DNA of 64,000 nt. It comes from Rotaria socialis. Its lineage: Eukaryota. The notes under the pieces were generated by a model. That model worked only from the letters and a program-made list of their open reading frames with translations. It did not search any database and was not told the origin of the DNA. The stretch is taken from the NCBI GenBank assembly GCA_905331295.1, contig CAJNYD010000253.1, positions 1 through 64,000 of the forward strand. Direction: 5' to 3'. A program made the position numbers and the translations under genes. Of this stretch, positions 1-13,400 are shown in pieces (the first letter of the stretch is position 1; each line of letters opens with the position of its first letter).

Positions 1-22
1 ACGATACAAATAACAAAACATA

Positions 23-737
23 TTAAAATTTAACAATTTTTAAACGTTTTAACGATTTCTTTTTTGTTTCAACAGGTTTTACTGTGACAAGTTCAACGTT
101 ATCATCGATATTCGATGTCGTTGCAGTAAGACAAGTTAGTTGTTGATCATCGATACCTAGAAACAAAAACTAGATATTTTCTCTTCCTATCAAATAATTT
201 ACCTTGTTTTTTCAATAACGTTGGACAATCTCTTTTAAAATGTTGTTTCGAACCGCATTCATTACAACATCCGCCATTGGGATATAAACCATTTGGATTA
301 TCGGGACATAAACGTGACCAATGACCTTGTTTACCACAAACGAAACAAGTTGCATAGGCGAATGAATCACCTTTGACGGTACATTGATTTAAGCGATGTT
401 CAGTGGAGCCACATTTATAACAGATACCAGTTTTTACTTCTCGTTTCTGTTTTAGTTCATCGGGTATTTCAGCAGTACATTCATTCATTGAATGTCCAGC
501 AGCTCGACATCGAAAGCAGATCTAGAAAAAAAAAATTTTTTCCTGCCACTTCGAATCCTAATTTTTTCATTGGTACAAAACCTTTTTCAATTCTCGTTTT
601 CGTTTTTTCTCTAAACGTTTCTGTGCTTTACGTTGATCTTCTTCTTCGGTTACCGGTTTTTTTAACGCTTCCCATGGTGTTGCATCTTCACCGGTCTTGT
701 CTTTTCTCGGTTTCTTATGTTTCGCAAATCTCGTCAT
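23..737 (-). CDS. ZCCHC9: Zinc-knuckle (CCHC) protein ZCCHC9-like, 3 exons (737-582, 521-203, 156-23)
   Basis: Spliced translation starts MTRFAK...DATPWE, has four CX2CX4HX4C knuckles and the CPDNPNGLYPNGG motif, and ends KIVKF*. GT-AG introns keep frame. Confidence 0.85.
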
Positions 738-848
738 CTAGAATACAATTAAATGTGCTTTTTTTCTTCTCCCTGTCTTTCGTTTCAGTATAATAAATCA
801 AAACAACAAGCAAAAAAAAATAAAGATAAAATGTTCTCTAGGTTATTA

Positions 849-1730
849 TCATTTCATCCACACTTTTTGAATCCAATCATAAACTTGATCTAGATTCATT
901 CCGCCATCAGCATCAGTTTCATCGCCAGCACTATCAATATCTGCTTCGTCATCGTACTGATCAGCAAATGATTTCTTCTCATTGCCCAAAGCTGAACCAT
1001 CAACAAATGTAATTTGAATATCTTTAATATCATTAAATTCAAATTTTTCTTTTCCCAATTGGCCAATATCATCAATGGTGTCAGATTTGCCTTGATGAAC
1101 ATCAACAGCCGATGCACGTGTTTTACGTTTCATTGTTAATTCATTTTCAAGTAGAGCACGAATCGACTGAACAGTTTCCACGTCATTATTGATATCTTGT
1201 TTATTACAAAATATTAATATGGGTAAACGTTGTTGGCGAAATGATTTCTCATGTAAAATATCATAAAGATAATCCGAAACGTCTTTACTTTCTTCTTTAA
1301 TTGTTGTACTATCAATAACAAATATAATTGCCTTGGCTGAGCTTTTATTTGTATTAAAATCGCGTTGACGAATACGTAAATTACCGGGTATATCAATAAC
1401 ATGAATTTTCTTCGGTGGACGATCCGACGATGAACTTTCAAGTATCATCGAACCTGTATTTGTTGCCATCGATGTTATTGTTCGTTTAGCCAAGCCCATT
1501 GTGAAACGGCAGAAGAGTAATGTTTTACCGGAATTCGATGCTCCACACAATAGAAGACATTCACCACGACGATGCGATCCGGGACGTCGTTTGATCCACC
1601 ATAAAATAAATATTGTTAAAAAAACGACAAGTAATGAGATGATAACTGTAGGCGCAAACGTTTGAGAAGGTTCACTGAGCAATTCACCATCAACAGCGTC
1701 ATCGAATAAAGATTTCTTTTGAGCATCCAT
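849..1730 (-). CDS. SRPRB: Signal recognition particle receptor subunit beta
   Basis: N-terminal TM helix, P-loop GASNSGKT, DIPG, IIFVIDS, NKQD. Single coding exon, with a short 5'UTR intron (GTAACT..TTAG) just upstream of the ATG. Confidence 0.9.
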   Translation of the reverse strand: MDAQKKSLFDDAVDGELLSEPSQTFAPTVIISLLVVFLTIFILWWIKRRPGSHRRGECLLLCGASNSGKTLLFCRFTMGLAKRTITSMATNTGSMILESSSSDRPPKKIHVIDIPGNLRIRQRDFNTNKSSAKAIIFVIDSTTIKEESKDVSDYLYDILHEKSFRQQRLPILIFCNKQDINNDVETVQSIRALLENELTMKRKTRASAVDVHQGKSDTIDDIGQLGKEKFEFNDIKDIQITFVDGSALGNEKKSFADQYDDEADIDSAGDETDADGGMNLDQVYDWIQKVWMK

Positions 1731-2058
1731 AATCTAAATTAAAACTTCGCGAATTACAGCTGACATGCATATACAGTTACTAGTCCACATTTTACACCGA
1801 TGACGAATCGCACGTCAGACACAAGCCATACCAATAAACGAATTAATACTAAAAAATAAAATTATTTGCAAACTCTACAAATAAATAGAAAAGAATTTGC
1901 ATGGAGAAAATGAAATTTGTCTTTTCGATAGATGTCAGCCATACGGAGTTAAGCATCGACCAACGATCCAACGGTAAAATAATAAACAAGTCGAAGAAGA
2001 AGTTACTGTTAGCGTGCACGTGCGTTTTTCTTTAGTTTTTACATATCTATTGTCTATA

Positions 2059-3180
2059 ATGTCGAGTAGTTTTATCGGTAGTAAAATTGCAATTGTTACC
2101 AAATCACAATATCGATATGTTGGAACAATCATTGGTAAATTAAACTCTTAATTACAAACGAAAAAAATAATCAATTCTCTTTTATTTTTAAAGGCATCGA
2201 TTCTCAAGCGTCATCGATCCTTCTTGGAAATGTCAAATGTTTCGGCACAGAAAATCGGATCGGAAATTTTTCTAATAATCAAGTGGTTGGCTCACTTGTA
2301 CCTATAATGCAATTCGCTAATAGTGATATAGAAGATTTAAAAATTGTCGAAGAAGAAAAAACAGGAGAAAGTAATCAATCACCGCCACTGCAAAAACAGC
2401 CTTCGATTCATGATGATCCAGCTATTGTATCAGCAGTTGTTAGTAAAACAAAAACAGAAGGTAAAAATTCAGCTTATTTCTATCTATCTATCATCAGTGT
2501 TTTTTTTATTAGAATTGGCTCCATCGTGGCCTTTATCATCTGCATCGTCTTCTTTTCAACAGCAATCAGGCAGTAAAAGCAAATTTTTTGATGATTTTTC
2601 ATTAAATTCTACTGAACAATCACAACCGAATCGTTCTCAACAGCGTTTGCCAGCGAATAATTATTCAAATCAAACATCTCGCCAATCTTATCCATCGCAA
2701 CAACAACACCATCAAAATAGTTATTCACACCATCAACAAAGATATTTCTATAATAATCGTCGTACACCAATGAATAATAATCAATATCGACGTCCAGGCG
2801 GTAATGGTAACCGGGAAACATTCAATGACCATCGAAATAATTATGAAGGCGAATTTGATTTTGAAACAAATAATCGTAAATTTAATAAAATCACCAATGA
2901 AGATGACTTGAAAGAACACGCAGAATCACCCGATCAATTTTTTAATTTAAAACAAGATCCTAATTTATCATCCGACTTCGAACCAATCTATGATAAGAAA
3001 AAATCTTTTTTTGATAATATGACTGTTGAAGATACATCTAATGTATCAGCACCTATGTATAATCGTTCAAGAAATCAAGATACATTCGGTAATCAACGAA
3101 ATTCAACCGGCGGTGGTTATCGACGATCAAATTATAATAACTATCGTCAAAATAATCATGGATACCAATACCGAAATTGA
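2059..3180 (+). CDS. LSM14: LSM14/Scd6/RAP55 family protein, 3 exons (2059-2134, 2194-2460, 2512-3180)
   Basis: MSSSFIGSKIAIVTKSQYRYVGTI..LGNVKCFGTE..SDIEDL Lsm domain, followed by FDF (EFDFETNN), FFD (YDKKKSFFD) and TFG (NQDTFG) boxes. Confidence 0.88.
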
Positions 3181-3637
3181 TTTCTTTTTTAACAATTAAC
3201 TTTTGTATAGATCTGCTCTTTTTTTCTGGCAATAGCAAAACCTGGTATAAATGTACACATGACGGATATTGCCGGTTGATTGCTCTTTTAGTCCTTTTTG
3301 TTTTATCGTTGTCTGTTTTTGTCCTTCAGCGTCAGTGGATCCTATTTATAGATGTTGTCGTTTAGTCGTGCATATTTTGTGTGTGTGTTTCTATAAGAGA
3401 GAAATGTTGCCTACTCAGGTGAATGATGAAGTTGAGAAACCAAAAAAATAAACGGAACACCATCTGTGAGAAGAAAGTTTATTTTGGATACTTGCTGCAA
3501 CGGCGCCGCATGTATCGACTTTTTGTTTTAATAGAAAATATATCTACATTTACAATAGAACGAAACACTAAGAACGTGTTGTACATATAGTTATAGATAA
3601 GAAAGTTAGGATTATACAAGGGAACAGAGAGATTGCA

Positions 3638-5466
3638 TTACTTGACCAATGTGCCTTTTACACAATAAAGTACACCTTTGCGTGAAGAACGAGTGATACA
3701 ATGATCTTTGACGAATTTTTTCACTTCGTGCACAGGAAACTGTTGGGTTTGATTTTCTTGTTTAATTCGTGAGCGTAATTCCGTAAATTGAAAACTATCA
3801 CATTTTTCAAGAAGTTCAGCAACATAACGACGAAGCTAAAATGATAATGATGAAAAAAAAAAACGAGGAGCTTTCCTTTGTAAACTTTACCACGTCATAT
3901 TTATCACCCATCTGTGCATTCACAAAAACCGGTTCTTGTTTGAGATTCTTCGGCCACTTTTATATAGAACGAAGAAAAAAATGTGTTAATTGAATAGAAA
4001 ATTTAAAAAAAAGAAAAGAAACCTTTTTGTTCACATAAATTGCTCCGATCTCCGCAACTGCACGAAGTATACTTCCTTCTGTAATTCCTGACGCGAGCGG
4101 ATGCCCGGGTGGTGATGAGATCAATTCCAGTTTAATTGCTACAAACATTCATAAGTAAATTTCAAAATGATCTCTTTCATAATTACCGATATTAATTTCG
4201 CTTAGTTTAAAATAGGGTCGATAACCAAAGCGTCGTTTCATGAACGATAGCAGTTCATGTTGTATTTTTTCAGGATCTTGTTTAACTATTGTCGTAGGTA
4301 ATGATGGTGTACTTGTCGTTGTTGTTTGTTCAGGATTCAATGTCGAATCGGTAGACTTAACATTTTTAGTTCGACCTAATTAATAAATATATTTTAACTC
4401 AAAACCTCCGGTTACATTCATAACATACTTTTTCTCGATAGTTTTTTCGATGATTTATCTAAATCAGTTTTTTTCTTCTTTTTTGGTTTTGTTGGAGGAA
4501 CCACTAGTGGTTTTTGTTCCGTGGCGAGTGTTGATTCAATGGCCGGTTTTTCTTTTTCAATCGGACTCTCGAATATAATTGTTTTATCAAAAATTAATAA
4601 TTGAAAATAATCTTGAATTGAGATAGTTTTTCTCCAGCGAATAATCGAACGACTTCTTTCATCGTTATCCATCAATGTCCATTTTTTTCGTAAGTCAATA
4701 GACTCACATTCGTTGGGCGAATAATAGGCGAAATCAATCCATCGTTCTTCATTACGAGCACGTTCGAAATAATTGTACGAACGCATTTTTCTCTCGCGTT
4801 GTAATCGTCCTTCCGGTTTCCAAAATTTCATTGTGACAAGTTCATTGGCTTCTTCGTCTGTTGTCGCGTCGTCACTATTCGAGCTGGATTGTTTGTGAAA
4901 ACTAGATTCAGTCTCATCTTCATCAATTTCAATCGGCGCTGCTTGTCGAACAAGTACGGATGATGTCGAATCGAAATCGGGTCGCAGTTGAAAGATTGCA
5001 TTCAACGGTGAAAGTTGAATACCATTCGGTGTTAACAGGCCAACAGCAAAACGTTTATAATTATCGCCTTGTGTTGTATTCAACGATGATAGTGTTAAAC
5101 GATCCATGGAGTTTATTCGTTCATCGGCGGTTGTTGATGTGAAATTTTGTATGACACTTGCTTCATTATCTTTACAATGGAAATCCGATTCGGTATCGAG
5201 AACATAATCGAGTTGTACAACTTTTGTCTTAGGTTTTAAACGAGCACCAATAAACGTGGAATCGTTGACATATTGAAGATGAGTGGAACGAAGTGGATAT
5301 TGAAAGAGATATAGTTGATCAGCAAATATGCGTGTTAAATAAACATCAACCTGCAAAACAAGACAAAAATATATATTGTCGATTCATGTCCGCAGTCTAC
5401 CTCTGCTATAAGTGGATCTTCATCATTATTAATATCTTCAACTAATGTGAGACAATCGTCATCCAT
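3638..5466 (-). CDS. POLR3E: RNA polymerase III subunit RPC5 (Sin-like), multi-exon
   Basis: DEDPLIAE|VDVYL..LYLFQYPLR, FQLRPDF. ORFs 4418-5356, 4149-4340 and 3960-4148 join in frame through short GT-AG introns. Confidence 0.8.
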
Positions 5467-5710
5467 TGCATAAATTATCCGTCGTCTTTTTTCTGTCGAC
5501 GGTTTACCGCATTAAATTTGTTCAATATGTACATAAAAAACAAAGTCTATAAAAAACAAAATTAGGCAATAAAAATTTGTTTTTCTATTTTAATCTTCTT
5601 TTATGAAATACTAGGCAACAGAAAAGACAAAACGAAATGCTCTTGACCGGAAGATGTATCATTTACAGCAAAAAAAGAAAGAAAAAACATAATTTTCAAA
5701 AGTTAGAATA

Positions 5711-6300
5711 TTAATTATTGCTCTGTGATACTTGGCGTAACGGTTCTTGAAGATAAGACGAAAGAGCATCCATCTAAAAGAGAAAATCAAGTATTCAAAA
5801 TACAGGAAAAAACAAGATGGAAGAAATTTACTTTAGCTTTCAACATTCCTAATTGTACATTAGTTTTAGCTACCATACAAACAAGTTGAGTGGCTACAGC
5901 AGTAATAGCCATTTTTCCTTCCTAAAATATTCGATCAATAAATAACATGGAAAAAAAGCCAGTAGATAAACTTACTTCAGCATCCAGTAAAATCATATTC
6001 AAATCACCAGAGCCAACGATATTTTGTGGTACACCCGATCCCGATGGTTGTCGAACACGTTGATGTGCAGCAAAAATACTACTCGCCATTGCAGCAATAA
6101 TTTTTGCGTCTTTTGCTTCAAACCCCGAATAAGCAAGTAGAGCTCCGTCGCGTGTCAATAATCTTTAGAAAAAAAAAACAAGAAAATTCTTATTCAGATC
6201 GAGTCATAAATTCAATGGAATTTCGAGCATACACAGTCGATTGAATTCCTCCATTAGTGACTTGTGCAAGTACTTCGCTTAATGCACGCGGTTTTAACAT
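5711..6300 (-). CDS. LAMTOR2: Ragulator complex protein LAMTOR2 (Roadblock fold), 4 exons
   Basis: MLKPRALSEVLAQVTNGGIQST|LLTRDGALLAYSG...LGMLKAK|MDALSSYLQEPLRQV. Confidence 0.92.
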
Positions 6301-7166
6301 TTTTATCTGAAAAAAATACACGATTTTGAGCAGTGTCAAAGAGGAAAAGCCGTTTTTCTTTTAGACTTTAATTTGCTGACATTGACCGTCACGTTTTTTC
6401 TGTACATCTTACTATGCATAATAGTAAATCAAATATGACATGTAAAGGATAAAAGAAGAAAAACGTTATTATTGACAGATATACAATAAACAATCACGAG
6501 TAGCTACTACGTAAATTTATTTTTCTGTGTCATGTGATCGTTTGACACTTTTGTTTTGCTAAAGGTTTATATTACAAAAGAACTATTGTTTTTGGGTTTG
6601 ATCATATAGATTTGTATTTTCTAATTCAGCTAGCAAGGTTTATTTTTCGTTTGTTGTTTAAAAAAAGAAATGAATTTACTCATGCATGAAGGACCTACTG
6701 TATGTGTCGTATACAGGTTTTTTTTCTTTTTCTTCATACTAAATACTGCATATATTCCTTGTGTTAATATTCGGAAAATTAAACAAACTCATATCTTATA
6801 TCGGAACGGGGGACTCATTGAGTAATAAAGCAATAGCAATTACAAAAGAAAAACTGATATTCCGAATTGAACCCGAAGAACCTTATCAAGGTTCTCAATC
6901 ACACTCAGTTATATGTCCTTGTTCATTTTTTTGTCTTCGATGACGACTTCGCCTTCTTTCGTTCTCTTATCAATCATTCACCTCCGAATTTCTCCGAGGT
7001 AACATACCATTCAGCAATAATATTTTGCTTATTCTTTTGGTATGAAAACTGATCGGGATCAAAAATATACTTAGCAGAACCTTGATAACAAAATACACAC
7101 GACAGGGAAAAACAAAAATATTTTTACTTGATCGCTTACTTATTTAGAATTTTACACAATTGTAGC

Positions 7167-8836
7167 ATGGCGTCATACAGTACAAATGATCGGCAATGGC
7201 AGGTAAACGGTAATAGACATGAATTGTCAAATTTAGTTGCATCCGAACAAGCTAATACGACATTCGAAAGTACAGACTCAATAATTTCACAAGCACTCCC
7301 TGTACCGCTCGGTGCTCCGCCTGGATGGCATAGTGAAATTATTCATTCGGACTCTCCTGTTGCTAAGGAATACGCAGATGACTATCACACAAATAATACA
7401 TACGCTACGGATGCTGTTGCTCAAGCACAACAAACTAACATCGTACGTAGTAATAGTAATCAATTTATAAATGCATCCGTAGACAACAGATCGTTTCATC
7501 AACAACAACCCATTTTAACTGAACATCAACAACACGATATTATACAGAGAGTCGAACGTCAAAATCCACTTATTATTCATAAACAATTGCCAAATAATCT
7601 TGTCACATATCGACAAAATGTTGCTGTACGATATTTGCAACCACCTCCACCGCCACCACCGGGACCACTTATTATTCGTAAAATAAAATAAAACAAATTC
7701 TTTTTTTCTATTTTTTTCCTAGAACTATTTTTCTATTAGGTGAAATTCGTCCACCTCCGCCACCACCACAATCGCCAATTCAAGTACACACGATTAATTT
7801 TTTTTCGAATTGAAATTCTTCTATTCCTAAACTGTTTTAGATTCGACAACGTCCACCACCGCCTCCAACACCAGTGCCCTTAGTAAATGCAAATCTATTT
7901 CCTACGAATTAAAACTCTATTTTTCGCTTTAAAGATACTTCGAGAACGACCTCCTCTACTCCCCCCTCGAACTCCTGCACAAGTAGTTGAAAAATTATTA
8001 CCTCCTCCACCACCAGCGCCACGTCGAGTTATTATCGAACGATTTGCAGAATGTCCACCTAAACCATCGGATGTTATCATCGAACGTTGGCTACCTTACA
8101 AACAAACACATCAACGGCGTATTCTTGTCGAACGAGCACCAGCACATTACACGTACGAACTCTAATCAAATTCTCTATTTCTCTATGCGATTTTCTTCTT
8201 AGAGCACCACGAGAACCAAATCTAATTATTCTACATGATGCACCTCGCGCACGCATTCATAAAGAATTCATAAACGAAGGGGTTATTCAAGTCGACCCTG
8301 ATTCTTATATTCAACGATATGGAGGTGAACTTCATAATTGGAATACAAGTTCGCATCTTGTCGACGAAGCTGTTCGTGCTGTGCCACCGCCATCAATCGG
8401 ACTTACCGATCATCACTATCTACACGATAATTATGCTTCCTTTTCGGATGAATACCGACGCGCTCCATCTCCTTATCTATCAGGTTCATGGGACCGCACG
8501 AGATACGAAACTTCGATACCTCGTTCAGCATCCTATCACTATGGTTACACGGACTACGATTCACCTTACAGTTATTCTACACAACCCTCAAGTCGATATA
8601 GATCGTATCGTTTCTATGATGACTATTATCCGCATCGAGGAAACTATTCAACAATGATTGATGTAACACCTTCATGGAATCGTTACTGTAATTCATCGTA
8701 TGATCGCTATCCATCGTTCTACGATCGATACTCATCATATTATCCTCAAAGTACCATACGTGTGAGCTCTGATAGGGAATTTCATAATGTTCTCTCTGAT
8801 CTCACCCATGGCCGTATACCATCTGGTCTTCATTAA
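7167..8836 (+). CDS. Proline-rich orphan protein with repeated (I/V)IRE/ER-PPPP modules and Tyr/Ser-rich tail, ~5 exons
   Basis: VRYLQPPPPPPPGPLIIR|EIRPPPPPPQSPIQ|IRQRPPPPPTPVPL|ILRERPP...VIIERWLPY. Short introns keep frame. Confidence 0.7.
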
Positions 8837-8939
8837 GATTAAACAACGATAAAACAAAATAAAAATTTATTCTCATTTATCTGCATGTTCATCTCACTCT
8901 CTCTAGCATAACAATAAATTCCTTAAAGAAAATAAAACT

Positions 8940-9900
8940 TTAATTCGGTTTTTGATTTCGAGGTTGTCTAAGAACTTTTCCTTCGCCTATAAATGGTTGA
9001 AATGTAGTCGAGGAATTTCTATCTAATATTTCATTTATATCATTATGTGTGGAATCTAATGGTATACGTGGAAATCTTAATAAACCATATTTATAATCAT
9101 AATTTGGTACTCCACGTTTTTGTGTACCTTTAGCATTCGTGTTTTGTTCATTATCATTGACTTTTACTTTACCGCTTAAACGTGTTCCTTGCCCGCTAAA
9201 TGGTCTAAATGTTGAAGAACTTCTATTTCCCTGTTCATCGTTTGTTGCTGTTTGAGTTGATGATTTTTTTTCTCCAACATAATCAATAGACGGAGCAAAA
9301 TCCACTTCCATATCACATTCAACAATCGATACAGCATTCGACGGTTTTAATTCCAATACAGATAATTCATATTTTCGATCAAGATAATCAATTGGCACCA
9401 TATCACCTTTTGTTAAGCAACTAAAATTTCTCAATACATGTTCTAAAACAGCACGAGGATTTGATATATCAAGAAAATCTTTTGATTGCGGTTGAAAACG
9501 TACAAATGTTGCCATGGGTATTGAATGAACGGATTCAATCGATAGTTCATCACCGTCATTTAATTGTAAATGATTCATCATCCAGCATGGTAAATAACAA
9601 ATCGGTTCTTCACTCGCTATAAATTCTAAAACACCACAATGTGTTAAACGATTGTTTTTAGGATTTTTTAATTTAAATAACATAATATTTGTCTAGAAAA
9701 ATAAAACGAGACATTGCGAAGAAATTCATCTTGCTTACTTTTTCCACTAAATGCTCAAGTGCAGGTTGTGGAAGTAAAATTTTACCACCCTTTTCAATAT
9801 TGATTCGATCATGATCGGTTAAGAATGCAGGTGAATAACAATTATATACAGCATAAAATTGATTGTCATCAAGTACACCATCGGATTCATCGGAAGACAT
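8940..9900 (-). CDS. UFD1: Ubiquitin fusion degradation protein UFD1, 2 exons
   Basis: GGKILLP, THCGVLEF, FLDISNPRAVLE..LRNFSCLT.GD, IVECDMEVDFAP, and two SHP-box-like motifs (FRPFSGQGTRL, FQPFIGEGKVL). Confidence 0.92.
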
Positions 9901-10430
9901 TCGTGATCTGAAAGTCAAGAAGAGTAAAGCATGTTTCGTAATCATGAATACATTTTTACTTCAAGTAAACATAAACCTCTTATCTTATGTTTGAGTTTAT
10001 CTAACTGAAAGAAAAAAACAACGCGATCTATCAACTTTCAATTGATCATATGGTCTTGACAAAAGTCCAAAAATTTTGATTTAATCTGTAGATGTCGCTG
10101 CCATAAAACTAGCGAACAAAAATAATCATAAATGAAGTTAAAAAGAATGTTCTTTTTCAAAATAAAAGAATTTCTCGAATTTTTTCGAGAAACATAAAAT
10201 TTGAACATCCAATGAAAACTATTGCAAACAAATCCTCAGTCATGAACAAAATTCTGTCTCATCACAACGAATAACAGAGGGAGCTAGGCATAATTCGTTT
10301 TCTTTTCATAAATAATATTAACGTATTTTGCGTCCAAAAGGAGACCCTGGTGGCTCCTTTCATTGGTTTCCTAGGATAAAAATTTTCCACAACTATAATT
10401 GTAAATCGGTTTGATTTTTAGATCGAACAA

Positions 10431-13400
10431 ATGCAGAAAAATCATCAACATCTTGTTCGGCCCTGTGCCGTTCTTGTTGAACGCTTAAACGATACCTTTA
10501 TTCCCTCGAAACGATACAAAGTCGATGCTGATATTATCTATCGTTCATTAAATGAGCAATCATCCAATCCGCATGATGAATTATCTGTTGATGTGTTAAT
10601 GCTACCAAATAATAAAGTTAAAATATCTTCATCGTCAACATTCGATGATTTACCAATTCATACAACCAATTCAACGATAACAAACGATGAAATAAAACCC
10701 ATGGTACGCATACGTCCACATCAGTCATCAATCGATTCGATTGATTATGATCTATCAACAACAAAACGTTCGAATTCACAAGCAACAACGTCACGTTCAT
10801 CAAATAAGTACGATAGTGATTCCTATTTATTGAATGGTCCATTCGATTCTGAAGATGAACTTGGCATGGATTTGAATGACGATGAATTAGCATCGATTCA
10901 TCGCGTCTTAGACTTTGATGATGATGACATGTCGAATTTCGACGATGAAAATCCTCAATTATCATCAACAACAGGACCTGGCTATCATCCGGCACAATTA
11001 CCCGACTTAGTTATGGGCTCGTTGAGAGCCGATAGTGATGTTAAATTTGAACCGTCGTTTCAATATAGTGATTTATTTAATCGTAAAGGACGAACATTTG
11101 TCTGTGACGAACGAGGAAATCGTGTGGTATCCGTTAAACTTGATAAAAACTCAGCGAAACATTTAATTGATGCTATCGAGCGAAATTTAGGACGATTAAT
11201 TCTGGAAGAATGCCGACGTGGAGATCTACAAGCACATATATTAAAAGTAAGAAATACAAAAGCAATTTTTATTTGAATAATGAATTTTTTTCTTCAAAGG
11301 TTGTGTTTAAAGATGAACAGGAATTTTTCGATTTTAACCGTTCAGCCATTGTATCGAAACATTCATTTAAGCAATGTCCTGAAATGTATACAAGATTTCT
11401 TGAAAGTTTATTTGAATCTCAAACCTATCCGAATGATAATGAAAATGATCCACTTGGAAATGATGTAAGTTACTTAGATCGGAAATGTGGTTGAGGAAAT
11501 GAAGACGAACTATTGATATTTTCTTTCAGGAAGCTGATCAAATGAGTCATTCATATTGTTGTAAAGTCCACGAATGTGGTGAAGCATTTCCGTCAAGATC
11601 CGAAGCCATGAAACATGCAAAAAAACATGCTGGTATGTTCGTCTCGTCTTTCTCTTTGTTTATAATTTTGATTTTCTAGAACTCGATCCATTTGATTTCG
11701 TATGCGATCATTGTGGAAAGAAATTTCTGGGCATCGCCAATATGAAACGACATTTACGTGTTCATATGGGTAGTGAAGGAAAAGATTTTGCTTGTCCATT
11801 ATGTCACTACCGTGGTTGTACAACAACACATGTTAAACGTCATATGGCACATAAACATTTAGAAAAGTAAATTTACACCGGTGACTCTTCACTTCGACAT
11901 GATAGTTTTTGTTTTTCTCGATCTAGATCGATTCCATGTCCTTATTGTTCATTTATGGCCGCAACAAATGCTGATCTTAAAATTCATATGGCTCGTCGAC
12001 ATTGGGACATTGAAGGACTCGATATTTTGAATAATCTACCTAAAACATATAAAAAAGAATGGAAATGTAATAAATGTGATACAGTCTTTCATGATTATTC
12101 GGTAGGAAATTTTCCTATAAAACTTTTTTATTTTTTAATTGTGCATTTTTCTCTACTGATTAGGATTTTCAAAATCATATTTATAGTCATTCAAGTCAGA
12201 CGAATAAATTTCAATGCAACTTATGTCCGTATAATTGTAAAAGTTTTTCAAAATTAAAAGTAAAAGCGAATTTTCTTTTTTCTTTTTACAAAATTTCATT
12301 TTTTCTCAATGTAGCGTCATATGCTCTATCATCAAGGACAACGTAATTATGAATGTCCAAAATGTAATAATAAATTCTATCAAATGGAACATCTTAAACG
12401 TCATTTAACATCAATACATAAATTAAACATACCACAAATCGGTCGAGGAAATCGTTTATTTGGTTCAGATCTTCTTAAACGAGTAAATTATCGAAAAAAT
12501 TGAGTGATTCATTTTTATCCCATCGAATATCGCTTAGCTAAAAAAAAAGTGGGTCACTGCACTTATCATTGTTTACGAAGTTTTTGTAGTATTACACAAG
12601 TCACGTGAATTCCATTCGATATTTTTCCTTTGTGATTAATTCTTCAGAAGTGTTAAGTGTCATCTAGTTTTTAATTATAGATTTTCAAGTACCCATGCTC
12701 TAGAATTACGCTTTTGTAACGCTGAAGGAGTCTGACGTGATGAAAAGATACTTAATGCCTTCAAGTTTCTCGGAATTTCTTATCTCATAGTTTATTTCCT
12801 AATAGTTGATTTATTCTTTTTTTAGAACTCTGACATGCCAAATATGCCTCCGCCTCATGGCACAGTTCCACAATGTTATAAAGTTATATCGAAATGTGTG
12901 TTTACATGTCAAAAATGTCCATTTTCAACGACGAAACTTTACCATTTAAATGAACATGTTAAAAGTGAACATTTACAATTGGATGATTCAGCACATGTTT
13001 GTACTTTCTGTTCGTATATAACGGATAAAAAAACGAACCTCAAAGTAAAATATCAAATCCGTAAAATAACTAAATGCCTGATTTTTTTCCTTTTAAGCGT
13101 CATTTACATCATAATCATGCTGGACAATCGAATACACCTGTACTTTTATCGAACGATGCTCTTCTATCGAATCCAAATACAAAGTTAGAAATTTCAAAAA
13201 GATGAAGAATTTCAATTTTTTATATGACTAAATTTAGATTTCAATGCGGACTTTGCCGTCGATATCAAAGCAATGTGGATGAATTTATTAAACATATTAC
13301 AGAAAAACATCGAATGGATGTAAGAATTTTCAATAATAATAAAAAGAAAAGCAGTACTTATATATTTTTGTTTTTGTAGGTTGTCATTTTAGATTCTGCT

